Source of the DNA: Stegostoma tigrinum | Lineage: Eukaryota | Length of the DNA: 64,000 bases | Reading direction: 5' to 3' | Assembly (NCBI RefSeq): GCF_030684315.1 | Contig: NC_081377.1 | Span: forward strand, 17,608,001 to 17,672,000 | Shown here: positions 25,895 through 39,290 of the stretch, piece by piece | Numbering within the stretch: position 1 is the first letter of the stretch | Layout: every line of letters begins with the position of its first letter | Made by a program: the position numbers and the translations under genes | Notes under the pieces: model-generated | What the model saw: only the letters and a program-made list of their open reading frames with translations | The model's database searches: none | Told to the model about the DNA's origin: nothing

Positions 25895-26475
25895 TAACTT
25901 ATTATTTCATGGATGTTGGTTATTGTTGTCAGGACCAGTTGCCTGTCCTTAATTACCCGTGAACAGAGTGGTTTGCTGAATCATTTCAGAGGACAGTTAA
26001 GAGTTGACTACAGTGCTGCTGATCTGCAATCACATGTAGGCCTGCCAGGTGAGAGTGGCAGATTTCCTTCCTAAAGGACATTAGTTACAACATAAACAAA
26101 ACCAGAGATTGCTGTAAAAACTGAGCAGGTCTGGCAGCATCTGTGGAGAGAAGGTAGAATTAATGTTTCAACTCCAGTGACCCTTCTTAAGAACAAGTCT
26201 ATTCTGAGGAAAGGTCATTGGACCCAAAACGTAAACTCTGCTTTCTCTCTACAAATCCTGCCAGACCTGCTGAGTTTTTCCAGTATATTTTGTTTTTGTT
26301 TCTGGTTCATAACGTCCACAGTTCTTTTGGATTCAGGTTTTTATTACGATGATGATCAGTGATGGTGACCATGAAATTAGCATACTGTTCCAGATATTTT
26401 TTCCATTCAGTTTGTAATTCCACCATGGGGAAGCTTGAACCTGTGTCACTACAGCATTAGCCTTAGCTTGTGAAT
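25895..26475 (-). mobile_element. Elasmobranch SINE (same family as 7925) interrupted by a PLE repeat
   Basis: cacatgtaggcc..ggcagatttccttcctaaaggacattag. Confidence 0.7.
26095..26335. mobile_element. Inverted PLE terminal-repeat insertion (family B)
   Basis: Arms ctgagcaggtctggcagcatctgtggagaga / tctctacaaatcctgccagacctgctgag; degenerate core ctgaggaaaggtcattggacccaaaacgt. Confidence 0.8.
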
Positions 26476-26859
26476 AATTACCCAATGTTACTATATTACC
26501 ACCTCTGCCAGACTATGGTACTGCTGACTCAGCTATAACATGGTCTCATGAAATGGTGCCCAAGGAGCATGTTATTTAAAGCAATGCCCCAGTGTTCTTT
26601 GTTACCTGTTCTGCTCTGTGACTATTGAAGGAGAAAGGTAGTGAGCATTTACTTGATTGGTTAGATTCACAAGGATCTGGGACAAGAGCAGAGTAGTTGG
26701 AATAATTCAATCACTCTTGCAATGCATGATCATGTTGGGGTCAAATGGTCACTTCCTGTACTGTAAGAATCTGAGCCCAGTTAAAATACGCCAGGTGCCA
26801 AACTACCTTCAATACTTAAAGAGGGAACGTAGTTAGATGTAAAACCCTCTTTGTGGATT

Positions 26860-27160
26860 CGAGATGCTTCACAACGAATGGTTTACTTCTGTTTTGTCAT
26901 CCAAAGTGGTAGCTAATTTTGTTGCAACAAGGTCTCACAAAATGAAATGTGATGAACAACAAGTTCAGTTGGGGGATGTATGCTTCCAACACAAACAACG
27001 AGATAAATGCCTCAGTTTCTCTCATCTGAGGGATAGTGCCTCTGACAGACCAGTATTTATACTGCAGTGTTAGCCTAAATCATTTGCTTAGGTCCTACAG
27101 TGGGACTTGAACCTCTAACCTCTGATTCAGGCAAGGGAATGCTCATACCAAACCGAGCAG
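26860..27160 (-). mobile_element. Deu-domain SINE fragment
   Basis: gcaacaaggtctcacaaa Deu-like segment and tRNA-head gtgggacttgaacc. Confidence 0.55.
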
Positions 27161-28057
27161 GTTTAGAGCATGGTAGACATATTACAGAAAAGTCAAAGAA
27201 CATTTGATGTCAATGTGTTTCTGTGTTTCTCAAATATAGCACAAGAACTTTCTATGAATAAAGTAAATAAGCATTCACTTCATTTTAGCAATGTGGCACT
27301 TCCTGCAATTTTAATATACACCTTAACCCATTTAAGATTCACAAATATAGAAGATAGAGGAATGTCATTTGAATGCATTACATTTTCATTTAACAAATGC
27401 CACAAGCAGCAATCCCTAGATTCAACTCAATTGAAGTTTGTAAAACTGTAGATTATGGTCTGTATTGCACATTCATAAATTTAATATCTTGTATGAGTTT
27501 TCACATCAAAATAATGCATTTTTGACTTTGATGCCTCTTTGCTGCTGCCTGCTATTCTAACTCAATTCTAGAAATCTCACGTATTGACTGTAAATACTGG
27601 CACCTACACTCTCATTAAAGATCAGCCCAGGCTTGGAGAGCTGTCCATGCAGTTCTCTGTGTTAGCTTTCTAATTTCTGTAATTTTTGGACTGTATATGT
27701 TTAACCAATAATTGAAAAGTTGGATCCTCAAATTGGGAACACTTGCCAACCACACACCTTGGAATATTTTTGTCGGTCAGCATTCCAAATCATGTGTCAC
27801 TGAGAGCAGTGATTTCGATCAATAAATGCTGGCCAATAAATGCTTGCAGCTGGAACTCCAATAAGAAGCCTTTTGGACAGATGGTGCTTTACAGAGATTG
27901 TGAGAAAACATAAGGCCAAGCTGCAGGGAATTATACAAATATGCAATGCACAATATCTGGATCCGGACCAACAGCAGCAAATTAGACCAGACAAGTTGGC
28001 TGGTACCAAGGGCTGGACAATTGCTGCAACATTGTATGACAGGGAACTAAAACAAAC

Positions 28058-28265
28058 TTTCTTTATTCACTCACAGGATGAGTGCATTGCTGTCCAGGCG
28101 GTACTGATTGCCCATCCCTAATTGTAGTTCAGAGTCAACCACATTGATGTGGGTCTAGTGTCACATGTAGGCCAGGCCAGGTAAGGATGGCAGTTTCCTT
28201 CCCTAAAGGACAGATGGGTTTTTCCGACATTGACAATAGATTCATGGTCATCATTTGGTTCTTTA
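28058..28265 (-). mobile_element. Elasmobranch SINE (7925 family)
   Basis: attgcccatccctaatt..gtcacatgtaggccagg..tttccttccctaaagga. Confidence 0.75.
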
Positions 28266-28719
28266 TTGACCAATTAAGTGCCACTTACTGCCACAGTTTT
28301 CAGTCAACAGGAGGAGTCATAAACCAAGGAGGAGCATGTTACATCACTCTGCACTGTCCTCTGACTGGAAGTAGGGAGGGGAGAGATCATCCTATAATAC
28401 TGGCTTCCTTACAATGTTCAACACTTGTCTACCATCCAACCCCTACCTCCCCAAAGCATGCCCCCACTTCCTTCCTTGCTCCTGAATTTGAACCTGAACT
28501 GAAGATAACTTCCAGCAGTGGGTGCTATTCTTACTGGTGACCCCAGGACAGTAGGATCAGCTAGCAATTCTCTGAGGCTGGACCTCCTCCTGAGTGAGAG
28601 GCAGAGATCCTACCTCCAGCTCATTAACTGCCCTCGGAGTGTTAAACATTATGGGATGCTGACATCAGGTGGAGTTGCAATCCTTATTCTCTCTTCAATT
28701 GGGGAAAGGTTACTGCCAC

Positions 28720-29190
28720 CTTAAAATTCAGCCCCAAATCCCCATCATCGCCGAGATCACCTACTTTCACCTTCTGTAACATCATTTGTCTGTATCCCTG
28801 CCTGAGCCCATCTGCTGTTGAATGACTCCTTGTGTGCAACGTCTTGCATGGTCTTGACAAACCTACCTCTGTAACATTCCCCAGACTTACTATCCTCCAA
28901 GGTATCTACCCTCTGCGAATGCTGACCTCTAATACATCCTTCATCACTAATGGTGGCTGCACCCTTCTGCTGGATAAATGCCAAGTCTGTCAATTCCTGT
29001 CCTAAATGTTGCCAGCATTCCAACTCTCTCCTCTCCTTTAAACCATTCTTAACACCTACATGTTTGCCCAAGCTGTTGATCAACTGTTTTAATATCTCTT
29101 TGTCAGGCATATGGTCAGATTTTCTTTGAAAAATCTCCTAACGATATTTTGCTGTGTACGAAGTGCTACATAAATGTAAGATGTTAATCT
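28720..29190 (+). mobile_element. L2-clade LINE 3' fragment
   Basis: Pyrimidine-rich ccatctgctgttgaa..cctttaaaccattcttaacacc and the L2-type end tgctacataaatgtaag. Confidence 0.6.
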
Positions 29191-29229
29191 TTACAGCGAA
29201 AAGTGCAAGACATCCACCAGAATGGTGAA

Positions 29230-29930
29230 CATACAAACGTATACTTTCGGAGCAGAAACAAGCCCACTGGCACTTTGAGCCTACTCCACCCTTCAGTAAC
29301 ATCCTGGCTGACATGAATACTCGATACTCCCACCCACACTGATCGCCTTTCTCCACCTTGTTTGTCAAGAATCTATTTACTTTCACCTTAAAAGTATGCA
29401 GAGACTTTACTTCCACTTCCTCTGGTGGAAGAGAGATCCAAAGACTTCTGACTAAAAACCGAATGAAGATGTTGTAAATCAGGAACAGAAGGGGGTCTGG
29501 CAGCAACTGTGAAGAGAAATCAGAGTTAACATTTTGGTCCGATGGCCCTTCCTTCCTCGAGGAAGGGCTGCCAGACCTGCTGAGCTTTTCCAGCAATTTC
29601 TGTTGTTGTTGCCAAAGACTTATGAACCTTTTTGTGAACAAAAAGCTTATTATCTTGGTCTTGAATGGATAACATTTAGTTTAAGAAGTGACCACTAGTT
29701 CTGAATCCTCCCACAAGAGAAACATCATTTCCAACCCACCCTGTCAAGACCCACAAGGATCTTTTATTTTCCAAACAAATCACCTTTTACTCTCATGAAC
29801 TCGAGTGAACACAAAGTTGTTCTCTCTCTCTGTAAGCCAACTCAGGCAGTAGTCTAGTAAACCTTCTCTAAACTGCTTCCAATACATTTACATCTTCCTA
29901 AAATATGGAAGCATATACTGTACAAGTAAA
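29230..29930 (-). mobile_element. CR1 LINE 3' fragment
   Basis: Minus ORF 29138-29641 includes VRSLWISLPPEEVEVKSLHTFKVKVNRFL, the CR1 ORF2 C-terminus. Confidence 0.8.
29448..29611. mobile_element. Inverted PLE terminal-repeat insertion (family B) nested in CR1
   Basis: Arms ggtctggcagc / gctgccagacc; TSD ccaaagactt at 29438-29447 and 29612-29621. Confidence 0.8.
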
Positions 29931-30623
29931 GCCATTATCAATCTTAGTATGAAAATAAGATGCTTGCAGGAAAGTCTAACCCACAGTGATTTCTGTTGAA
30001 AAGTGCCTGCAGTAAATTAGCCCACAGTCAGATTGAATATCTGCAATGTGACAGTTGCTGCTGTGATGTTATCAATCAACAGTGATCAATTGAACAAACA
30101 TATTGAGACAATTCAGGCTTCATAACCTAAGCTTTTATTGCCTTTTAGTTTGAATTCCTTTCTGAAGATGTTGTCACAACATCCTGAATGGGCAGAAGCA
30201 GAAGTAGAAATCTAAATTCAGCATTTGGAAACAAATTATTCCTCTTAATGACGCTAAATGAAAATCTAAATGGATGTTTTTCAAGTCAGCTACAATATAA
30301 AGGTGCTTGCATCTGATAAAACAAAGTTGCCTCTAACATTCAGGACATTGTGATATTCTTTTGCATTTATTTTGCTGTGTCTTTTTCATTTGCACTATTT
30401 TTGTTTCACCAACATAATTACAATTGAACGTGCATGCATCTGACATTATAGCATATTTTTATTACTGCACAGAAGTGGCAGCCTAGATCATATGATCAAG
30501 TTACTACCCACAATTGAACCCACAGTCTTCTGATTCAGGGGTAGATCACCAGCAGCTGAGGCAAACCAACAGTGTTTGAAAACCAGAATCTGCCAAACAT
30601 CTTTTGGAGGCACTGGGGTGGAC

Positions 30624-30722
30624 AAAGACAGAAGCCACATGACACCAGATTATAGTCGAACAGATTTATTTGAAATCACAAGCTTTCTAAGCACTGCTCC
30701 TTCGTCAGGACTTCTGACTTAA
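30624..30722 (-). mobile_element. Short PLE-type terminal repeat (family D) with hammerhead core
   Basis: Minus strand CTGACGA AGGAGCAGTGCTTA GAAAGCT at 30681-30708. Confidence 0.6.
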
Positions 30723-30834
30723 TTAAATATGTAATCAGTGCGTAACTTTATTTCTTTTTCATGGGGAATGACCGTTACTATGATGTCATTTCTGATGTCC
30801 TCATTTGTCACTTATTATTTTTCCTTGAACAGAG

Positions 30835-31100
30835 TTTACATTAAGAGTCAAGTGTCAGCCACATTTGGAGCCACATGTAGACTGATTGGTAGATTCCCTT
30901 CCTTCAAGGGCATGAGGCAAATGGATCTATACAGCAGTGGAGGCTGGTTGTTATGTTCATCGTTAATGAGACAAGCTTTACATTTCAGATTTACTAATTG
31001 AATATGAATTCTGCCAAAAGCCATGTTAAGATATGAACTCACTTTCCAAAGCTTTAGCCTGAGCCTCTGGATTGCTAGGCTAGTGACACTAACACAACCT
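30835..31100 (-). mobile_element. Elasmobranch SINE (7925 family)
   Basis: ggagccacatgtagact..agattcccttccttcaagg..cctgagcctctggattgctagg. Confidence 0.65.
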
Positions 31101-32191
31101 CCTTAACATGTGGAATTTTCTTATAAATGCCTTTTGCATCTGTGATAACAAAGTTTATTTTCTGAACAAGGAGCAATAGAACAGACAAGTGGATGGACAG
31201 GCACCTGAAAATTGCATATAGTTGAATTGTGTTTCGCTATGAAACATCTGGGTGTCTTGAAATCACTTGGATAATTGTGGGGTAGATCTGCATTGGATTG
31301 ATGTGTGTATATTTTTAAGCATTCTGCTTTTGAGAACTATACACTGAACTGGAATGAGAAACAGAAACATTGGTTTAATGCTGATGAATTAGATCCTTAT
31401 TTTCAAGGATTACTATTCTGGGCTTGTATCAATTCCTGATGTATATAAGTTGGTTCTGATGAAGTTGGCTCACTTGCAACAGCAATGAGATCACGGCTAA
31501 AGTTAGTTTCCAAAGATTTAAACAGGATTTTAGAAATAAAGAGTTTTCAATAATAAGAGAGTTTAAAAAGCCATTTTTGTTTCTAAATAATGCGTTCATG
31601 GAATTTGAATGCTGGCAAGGTTAGAATTTACTGACTATCTGTATTTAGCCTTGAAAAGAAGATGGTGGACCACCTAGAAGTGCTGCACTGTTTAAGGTGA
31701 AAATGGCCCCATTATGCTACTAGTGAAGAATTTTAATATGTTAATGTAGTGACAATGAAGGAAGGCAACATGTGTTCAGAAAATCTACAGAGCAGAGAGC
31801 AATGCCCCCACTGACAGGGCATCAACAGGCTGTTAAAATGATAAAAGCTTACACCCCATAAATGACAATGTTTCCCTATTGCAATGGCATTTCCTCTCAC
31901 TGATTAAGTGCAAGAATATTGACATATTTTCCAAAGCCAGGCTGAGACCTTTATCTATGTCCTTGTTACAAAACTTAACAATGTTCTGTCTACATACCTT
32001 TTCAAAAAGGCCCTCAAGTTGCTAAAATACCATACAAGTATAATTTGTCATGCAATGAAAAACAACTAGTCAAAAAGAAAGGGGAAGATGTGCCCATATT
32101 GCTCAAAAAGACATATTCTTTCAGTCAGAAATATTCATCACAGTATTTGGTTTAACTCCTTCATCTGTTCTGTTTTGTATTGATTGTTCAG

Positions 32192-32412
32192 GTGCCCCAG
32201 GATGAATGGGGTGGTGGCTATCCAGGAGTGAACAAGGATGGTGAAATCCCTTGTCGGAGAATGCGCAGTGGCAGCTACATCAAAGCAATGGGCGATGACG
32301 AAAGTGGAGACTCTGACGCAAGCCCGAAAATGTCACCCAAAGGAGCTTCTCGGCATGAGACCTATCCAAAGCTGTCGGGTTCGGGAGGCAGCAGTGAACC
32401 GAGTCGCTCAAA
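32192..32412 (+). CDS. DLGAP3: Internal coding exon of DLGAP/SAPAP scaffold gene (GK-binding repeat region), best match DLGAP3
   Basis: Acceptor ttgttcag|GTG, donor AA|gtaagg (phase 2). Encodes VPQDEWGGGYPGVNKDGEIPCRRMRSGSYIKAMGDDESGDSDASPKMSPK, matching the DLGAP motif IPCRRMRSGSYIKAMGD; KDGEIP is DLGAP3-like. Confidence 0.93.
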
Positions 32413-32763
32413 GTAAGGTTAATACCATGGGCTATGTGGTCATGCTTTTTTCTTGTTGGGTTTTGTAACATTCATTCCAGAAACGTGTCATATAGTTAAG
32501 ATATAAACACATGCCATGACTGTTTCATGAGAATGGCACCTCAGAGATGCACATCCAATTCAGAAACAAAAGACGCATGGTTTGTAGGGAAGCTTTCATT
32601 GATATAATTATTGTCATTATCTGGGATGGCAAAACTATCAGAACTCAGCGGGGAATATGGGTTGGTACTGTGGTCCTCAATTTCTCCCTGGAGTATGGAC
32701 AGGAATCACAACTAAGGTTTTCACTTGAGATTGCATTAACACTCTGCATTTGTCGATGGTCAT

Positions 32764-33278
32764 TGTTATGGACCAGACCAAACCGTCTCAAAATATATTA
32801 AGAAGATAGCCAAGGCCCTAACTTTTCTTTTAAAGGTAAGTGCAAGGTGTTGAGTTGCAGATAAGCTTTGATAGGTCACATTACTCGACTTTAACCAAGC
32901 ACATTTTTACACTACAGTTAAAATACAGACAAAATAAAAAGATTTGGTTTAACTGAACTCTACTGAAATGCTTATCAAAATAATATATCTATTAACTATT
33001 ACTAATTAACTATTCTGATATGGTAACATCTTATAAACAGTCCTTTGGCAAAGGCAAATGCAGTAAAATAGATTGTCTCACATGCAATTCTAAGAGCAGG
33101 AAGAGAACCCCAGCTTTTAGCTGTAACAGCGAGAGGAATAAGAGCTTCCACGTTTGACTTAAAGATCCAGCAACTGCTACTGAAAACTAAGACTAAACAT
33201 TCTGGTTCTTTGGGAGCTTGAGCCCACCCATTCAGGCCACCTGTATTGCTCCAACTTTAAACAAAACCTTTCTTCACA
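32764..33278. repeat. Probable solo LTR-like repeat
   Basis: Begins TGTTATGG and ends TCACA with LTR-like composition; no TSD found. Confidence 0.35.
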
Positions 33279-34377
33279 AAAAAAGGAAAAAATACACTTT
33301 GTAAAGCCATAATATTGTCACACTAAAAAGATCAAGATTGTATTGAATCCAATGCTCGAGTGCTTCCTGCAGATGGATAGCTACATAGTGGCAGATGTAA
33401 ATAAATTCTCCGGGTTTCCAGTTTGAAAAATTGCACTTAAAATGTATTGTGTTGATTAGGGTCATAGATTTAAGAGTAAACTAAAATTCATTTGCGTAAT
33501 CTCAAATGCATTATTTCATGATTCAGCACAATTGGCCAGTGTAACAAAACCTAATTTTTTTCTTTTTCCTTCTTTCCACTTAAGATATGACCCTAATACT
33601 TTGATAACTTGGTGTAATTTTATTAGCACAGCAGAAAGAAACCATATGAGCAGAATTAAATTGTTGCAATAATTAAGTACAGCAGTCCTCCAACTGCAAA
33701 TAATCTGATTTTAAGTCATTGAAAATGATTTTCAGAATGCTTTAATGGATCATTTAATAGTTTAGTTAGTGTAATCCAGGCAGTTTCTTAATAAATTCAA
33801 TAGCTTTTCAAATGAAAAGCAATTCAAAAGTGCTTAACAATTGACTAGTGCTCTTGGACCAGCATGATTGGTTGAAATCACAATTTTGACCGGCTTTTGG
33901 AAAAGGCCTGATCTAGAAACATTGAATTGTCAAACTGTGTATACCACACAGGCTTAAGTGGCTTTTGCATAAAACTGATGCATTTAAAGTGGGAGTGAAT
34001 CCTGTGCTGCTTGATCTGATACTACCAACATTGTATTGCTGGTGGTCATGGTTCAAGTGGAAATTCAAACCATTGTCCTTATTTTGATTCACTGGATAAA
34101 AATTAGCGACTTGAGAAACATTTTTTGACTTTTCCAACTGTGCAGTATGTTCATTCATCAATGATTAGGGAAGGCAATAAAATGATCTGCACTTGTGTAT
34201 CTCTACGGTTTCCCTGAACATTTGATGCTTCATATCAAACAACTGAGTAGGGTAGAACAGAACTTATTAATAATAACGTGCTTCTGCTATCTATTGCTTT
34301 TGCATTCAATGCAGCATCCACTGTTCATAGAGTTTTTCAAAATTCATCCAGTTCCTGTCACAAATGGTTTACTTTGT

Positions 34378-34478
34378 CGTGAAAACAAAAAATGCTGGAA
34401 ATTGCAGCAAGTCAGTTGGTGTCCATGGAGAGAGAACAAACTATCGTTTGGCTCGAGATGACTCTTCTTCAGAGATGA
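34378..34478 (-). mobile_element. Short PLE terminal-repeat insertion (family C)
   Basis: aaatgctgga..ccatggagagag..gatgactcttcttcag; TSD ttactttgt at 34369-34377 and 34479-34487. Confidence 0.7.
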
Positions 34479-35124
34479 TTACTTTGTTACCAACTTTGGC
34501 CTTGCAATGACAGACTAGTTACTGGACAGTGGAAGTGGACACATGATTGCAAGGGCGCACACTGTTTATGGGGAAAAAAATCTCTACACGAAGCTAAACG
34601 CAAAAGATGTGTATAAGTTGCCACAACTTGGCATCATTTTAATTACAGAAATTATAAGAAGAAAAAGTTGAGACAAAGTTAGGACAAAGTTCAACTTTTA
34701 TTCCTTCCTCCACTCCTGGGGGGTTCTACGGGATGCTGCAGCGGAAGCCACACCTTAGGCTGCCAAAGGTAGGATTTCTGGACCAGACCCACCACGCTGC
34801 CATCACCAAAGCTGACGCTGAGGCTATTGCATCACTGCCGTTGCAAGGAGGGCCAGACTGGGCACACCTCATTGCCAATGCTGAAGAGATCACTCAAGCC
34901 ATTGCCACTTCACTCGCCATTTGAAGCCGCCACATTGACGCCATGGCCGTGAGGAACGAACTGGAACCACCATGCTGCCTCGGCTGAAATCACCACACTA
35001 TCACCAGGAGAAATGTCGATAAAGCTACAGCCACAAACAATGGACATCTGGGTCCTCCATGCTCCTGTCACCGCCACAATGGGGTCCTTGTGACCGACCT
35101 CCTCCACTGGAGGCCGCAGAAAAG

Positions 35125-35253
35125 AAGATGAAGGGTCTAGACCTGAAACATCAGCCTTCCTGATCCTATGATGCGACTTGGCCTGTTGTGCTCATCCAGC
35201 TCTATACCTTGTTATCTCGGATTCTCCAACAACTGCATTCCTATCATCTCTGA
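35125..35253 (+). mobile_element. Short PLE terminal-repeat insertion (family A)
   Basis: gatgaagggtctagacctgaaacatcagc..gttatctcggattctcc. Confidence 0.85.
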
Positions 35254-35814
35254 TACAATCTTCTGATAATGTTGGAAGTTCACGTTGCATGAAATCTAGA
35301 CATAATTTCTTCTAATACTTTCATACATCTCTTGGTCTCCGTGCCTAACTGTCCTCATGAGGGCAGTGCTGAAACCCCATCTGAAACAGCTGCCATCCTT
35401 GTGTTGTAAATATTGTGTTGTTAGGAGGGGAGTCCCAGCTTTGTGACTTGGAGATGGTGGAGGAATGTCAATCAAGTCAGGAGAGTGTGTGACATGGAGG
35501 AGAACTTGGAGATTGTATCTTTCCCATGCTTTTATACCCCTTGTCATTTAGGTAGTTGAGGTGGTAGCTTTGGGAGGCACTGTCTAAAGACACTTGTTGT
35601 ACACTGTTGCTACCATCTGCTACTGGGGAAGAGAGTGAATGATGAAGATCGAGTGTAGGGTGTCGATCAAATGGATTTTATTTTTTCACTCACATTGAGC
35701 TTGTCAAATTTGTCAGAACTGCACTCGTCCAGGCAAGTAGAAAGTATTCAATTGCGCACCTGACTTGTGCCTTGTAGATGTAAACAGGCTTTGGGGAGAC
35801 AGGAGGTGTTCTTT

Positions 35815-36275
35815 TAGATATAGAGATTAGGAGTTGGTCATCCCTAAACCTTTAAGCCTGACCTGCTATTCAGTATGATCATAGCTGACCCTCAGCCTCA
35901 ACCCTACATTCCTGCTTTCTCTTCATACCCTGTGATGCCTTTAATATCTTTAAAGAAAAATCAGTCTCTTTCTTAAACCTCAGCCTTCTTTGGCAGTGAA
36001 TTTCATAGGTTGGCCACTCACTGAATGTAGAAATGTTTCTTCCTTACAGTTCGAAATGGCCCATCCTGTATCCTGACACCCGTGGTTCTAGTCTTCTCAA
36101 TAAGGAGAAACATTCTCCCTACATTTAATCTGTCCAGCCTTGATAGAATTGTATATGTTTCAAGCAGGTCTTCTTTCATTCTTCTAAACTCTAGTGAATA
36201 CAGGTCTCATTGAACCAATCTCTCCTCATGTAATAATCCTACTGCTCCCCCCCGACCCCGATATCACCCTGGTGA
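35815..36275 (-). mobile_element. CR1 LINE 3' fragment
   Basis: Reverse complement of a CR1 3' end (cattcttctaaactctagtgaatacagg). Confidence 0.75.
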
Positions 36276-36309
36276 AAAGCCGATTGGCTTTTCAAATGAA
36301 TTGTTTGTT

Positions 36310-38800
36310 CACTCATGAAACATGGACATTGTTGGTTGGCCAGCTTTTATTGCCCATCCCTAGCTTCCCTTGAGAAGGTGGTGGTGTGCTACATTCTTGA
36401 ACCGCTGCAGTCCATGTGCTGCAGTGGCCCACATTGTCCTCAGGGAAGGAATTCCAGGATTTTGACCTAATGACAGTGAAAGAATGGCGATATATTCCCA
36501 AGTCAGAATGGTGTGGCTTGGAGGGGAACTTGCAGATAGTGGTGTTTCCATATATCTGTTGCCCTGTCCTTCTAGATTGAAGTGGCTGTGGGTTTGCAAC
36601 ATACTATCTAATGATCTTTGGTGAATTTCATGGTGAAATACCAAGATATTTATCATGACCGTTCCAGTTTCTGGTCAATGGTAATCAGCAAGATGTGAAT
36701 GGTAGGGAAATCTGCAATCCTAATGCTATTTAACTCCAAGGGATATGGTTATTACTGGGCACACGTGATATGAATATTATATATCACTTCCCAGCCCAAG
36801 CCTGACTGTTGCTCTGGCCTTCAGTATCTGCGGAGTCGTGAATTGGACTGAACACTTTGCAATTATCAGTGAACAGTCCCAGGTTGACCTTATAGTAATG
36901 CGAAGTCATTGATGAATCCAGTGAGGATGGATGAGCCTAGGAAACTACACTGAAAAGCTATCCTGGAGCTGAGATGACTGACCTCCAACAACCACGGCCA
37001 TCGTCCAGTGTGCTTAGTTAGTCTCCATTCAGTTTCCCCTTTGGATTTCCATTGATTCCAGCTTTACTAGAGCTCTTTGATACCACACTTGGGTCCTTGT
37101 TGTCGCTTTTATCTCACCTCTGGAATTCAGCTCTTTTATCCAGGTTTGAATATCAAAGCTGTAATGAGGTCAGGAACTGCATGGAGCTGATGAAACCTAA
37201 AATGAGTTCAAGTGAGCAGGTTATTGCTGAGCAAGCACTGCTTGATAGCACTGTTTGATTAACCTTTCCATCACTTTACTGATGGTCGCCCATACCCAAA
37301 ACCCAAGAGAGAATTTTTTTAAAAAATCGTTGAGAGTAGTCTCACAGGACAGCACTTGGCCAGTATGGATTTATCCTGCCTTTTTGGGTAGGCCACACCT
37401 GGGTAATTTTCTATATTGTTGTAGCCATACTGAATCAGATTGGTTTGGGGTGTGGTTGGTTCAGGAGCATGTCTTCAGTGTTTCAGTCTTCAATATTTGC
37501 TGGAATGTTGTAAAGGCTCATTCCTTTGCAGTGTCAGATGCCTCCAGCTGTTTACTGAAATCATGTAGAATGAATCAAATTGGTTGAAGACTGGCATCTA
37601 CAATGTTGGGGACCTCAAGAGGGATCACCCAATCAGCACCTCCGGTTGAAGGTGTTTGCAAATGCTTCAGCCTTTTGCTTTTGTACTGTGCTGGTCTCCA
37701 TGTTTGGGAGCTTCTTCTTCCTGTTAGCTGTTTAATTGTTCACTATCATTCACAACGGCATATGGCAGCACTGCAGAGCTTAGACTAGATCTACTCATTG
37801 CATGATCTTAAAAAATCTGTCACTTGTTGCTGATGCAGTTTTGCAGGCAAGTAGTTCTGTGTTGCAACTTCATTAGTTTAACATCTTAGTTTTAGCTATG
37901 CCTGGTGTAACTCCTAACATGCCCTCCCGCACCCTCCATTGAACCAGGTAACATCCCTTGGCTTTATGGTAATCATAAAGTGGGAGAATATGCTGTACCT
38001 TGGTGGTACAGGTTGTGGTTGAAAATAATTCTGCAGCTACCAGTGGCCCACAATGTCTCATGGATGCCTAGTTTTGAGTTGCTGGGTCTGTTTGAAATGT
38101 TGTGCAGTGGCCATGCCGCACCACACAATGTGAAGTATTCTCATTGTGAAGGAGGGATTGCACCTCCCCAGGGGTAGTCACTCCTATCAGTTCTGTCATG
38201 GACAGTCTGTGGTAAGCTAATAAGTGAGGCCAAGGTCAGGTAGATTTTTTTCTTCTTCTTGATTCATTAATCACTTGTCACAGATTTGGTCTCATAGCTA
38301 TGTCCTTTAGCACGCGGCCAGCTGGGCCAATCATGGCGCTGCCAAGTTGCTGCTGGTGCTCAACATTGAGGATCCTGCACAGAGTACATTCTGTGCCTTT
38401 GCCACCCTCAAATGCTTTGTTGAAGTGGTATTCAACATGGAGGAATATTGATTCATCAGCTGAGGTGTGACAATACGTGGTAATCACCATGATGTTCCTT
38501 GCCCATGTTTGCCCATAAAAATTCATGACGTCAATGTTGAGGACTCACAGCTCAGTTCCTTGCCAACCCCTGTCCCTGTTGGAATGAAACAAATTGGTTG
38601 AAGACTGGATCTACATTGCTGGGTAAGTCTTCCCTGCTGATGTGTACAGGACATTCCCAGGGATGTTTCCAGTGGTGCCTGGGACATTGTCCGTAAGATT
38701 TGACTGTGTCAAACTGTTGCCTGAGTACTCTATGGGACAGCTCTCCCAATTTTCACAGAAGTTTCCAGTTGGTAGTGAGGAGGACTTTGCAGAATGGCTT
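36310..38800 (-). mobile_element. Degraded non-LTR LINE (CR1/L2 group, second family); further fragments at about 31580-31770, 35390-35810 and 58130-58230
   Basis: Minus ORF 36360-36656 PPSHTILTWEYIA..QRFKNVAHHHLLKG; its 3' end ttattgcccatccct is shared with the 7925-family SINEs. Confidence 0.7.
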
Positions 38801-38887
38801 GTTAGGCCATTTCAGGGGCATTAAAAGTCAGCAACATTGTGTTGGATTTGGAGTCACATGTGGACCAGGACAAGTCAATTATGAGCT

Positions 38888-39290
38888 TATAGAGTCATAA
38901 AGTCATACAGCATGGAAACAGACCCTTTGATCCAACTCGCCCATGTGAACCGAGTTTCCCAAACTAAACTAGTCCCACTTGCTTGCTTTTGGCCCAAATC
39001 TCTCTCAACGTTTCCTATTCACATACCTGTCCAAATGTCTTTTAAATGTTGTAACTGTACTTACACCAATCACTTCCTGTGCAGTTTTTTTCAGCATAAG
39101 AACCACCCTCTGTGTGAAAAAGTTGTCTGTTTTGAATCTTCCCCCTGTCACCTTAAACCTATGTTCTTTACTTTTGGACTCCCCTACCCTTGGAAAAAGA
39201 CTTTAACCATTCACCTTATCCATGCCCCTCATGACTTCATGAACCTCTATAAGGTCACCCCTCAACCTTTAACGTTCCAGGGACAAAAGT
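38888..39290 (-). mobile_element. CR1 (HER1-like) LINE 3' end
   Basis: Reverse complement of sequence matching 62350-62765. Confidence 0.85.

Noticed and set aside
29950-30480. Unique AT-rich segments as conserved enhancers (also about 10860-11400 and 33600-34150)
   Set aside because: Cannot be supported without cross-species alignment.
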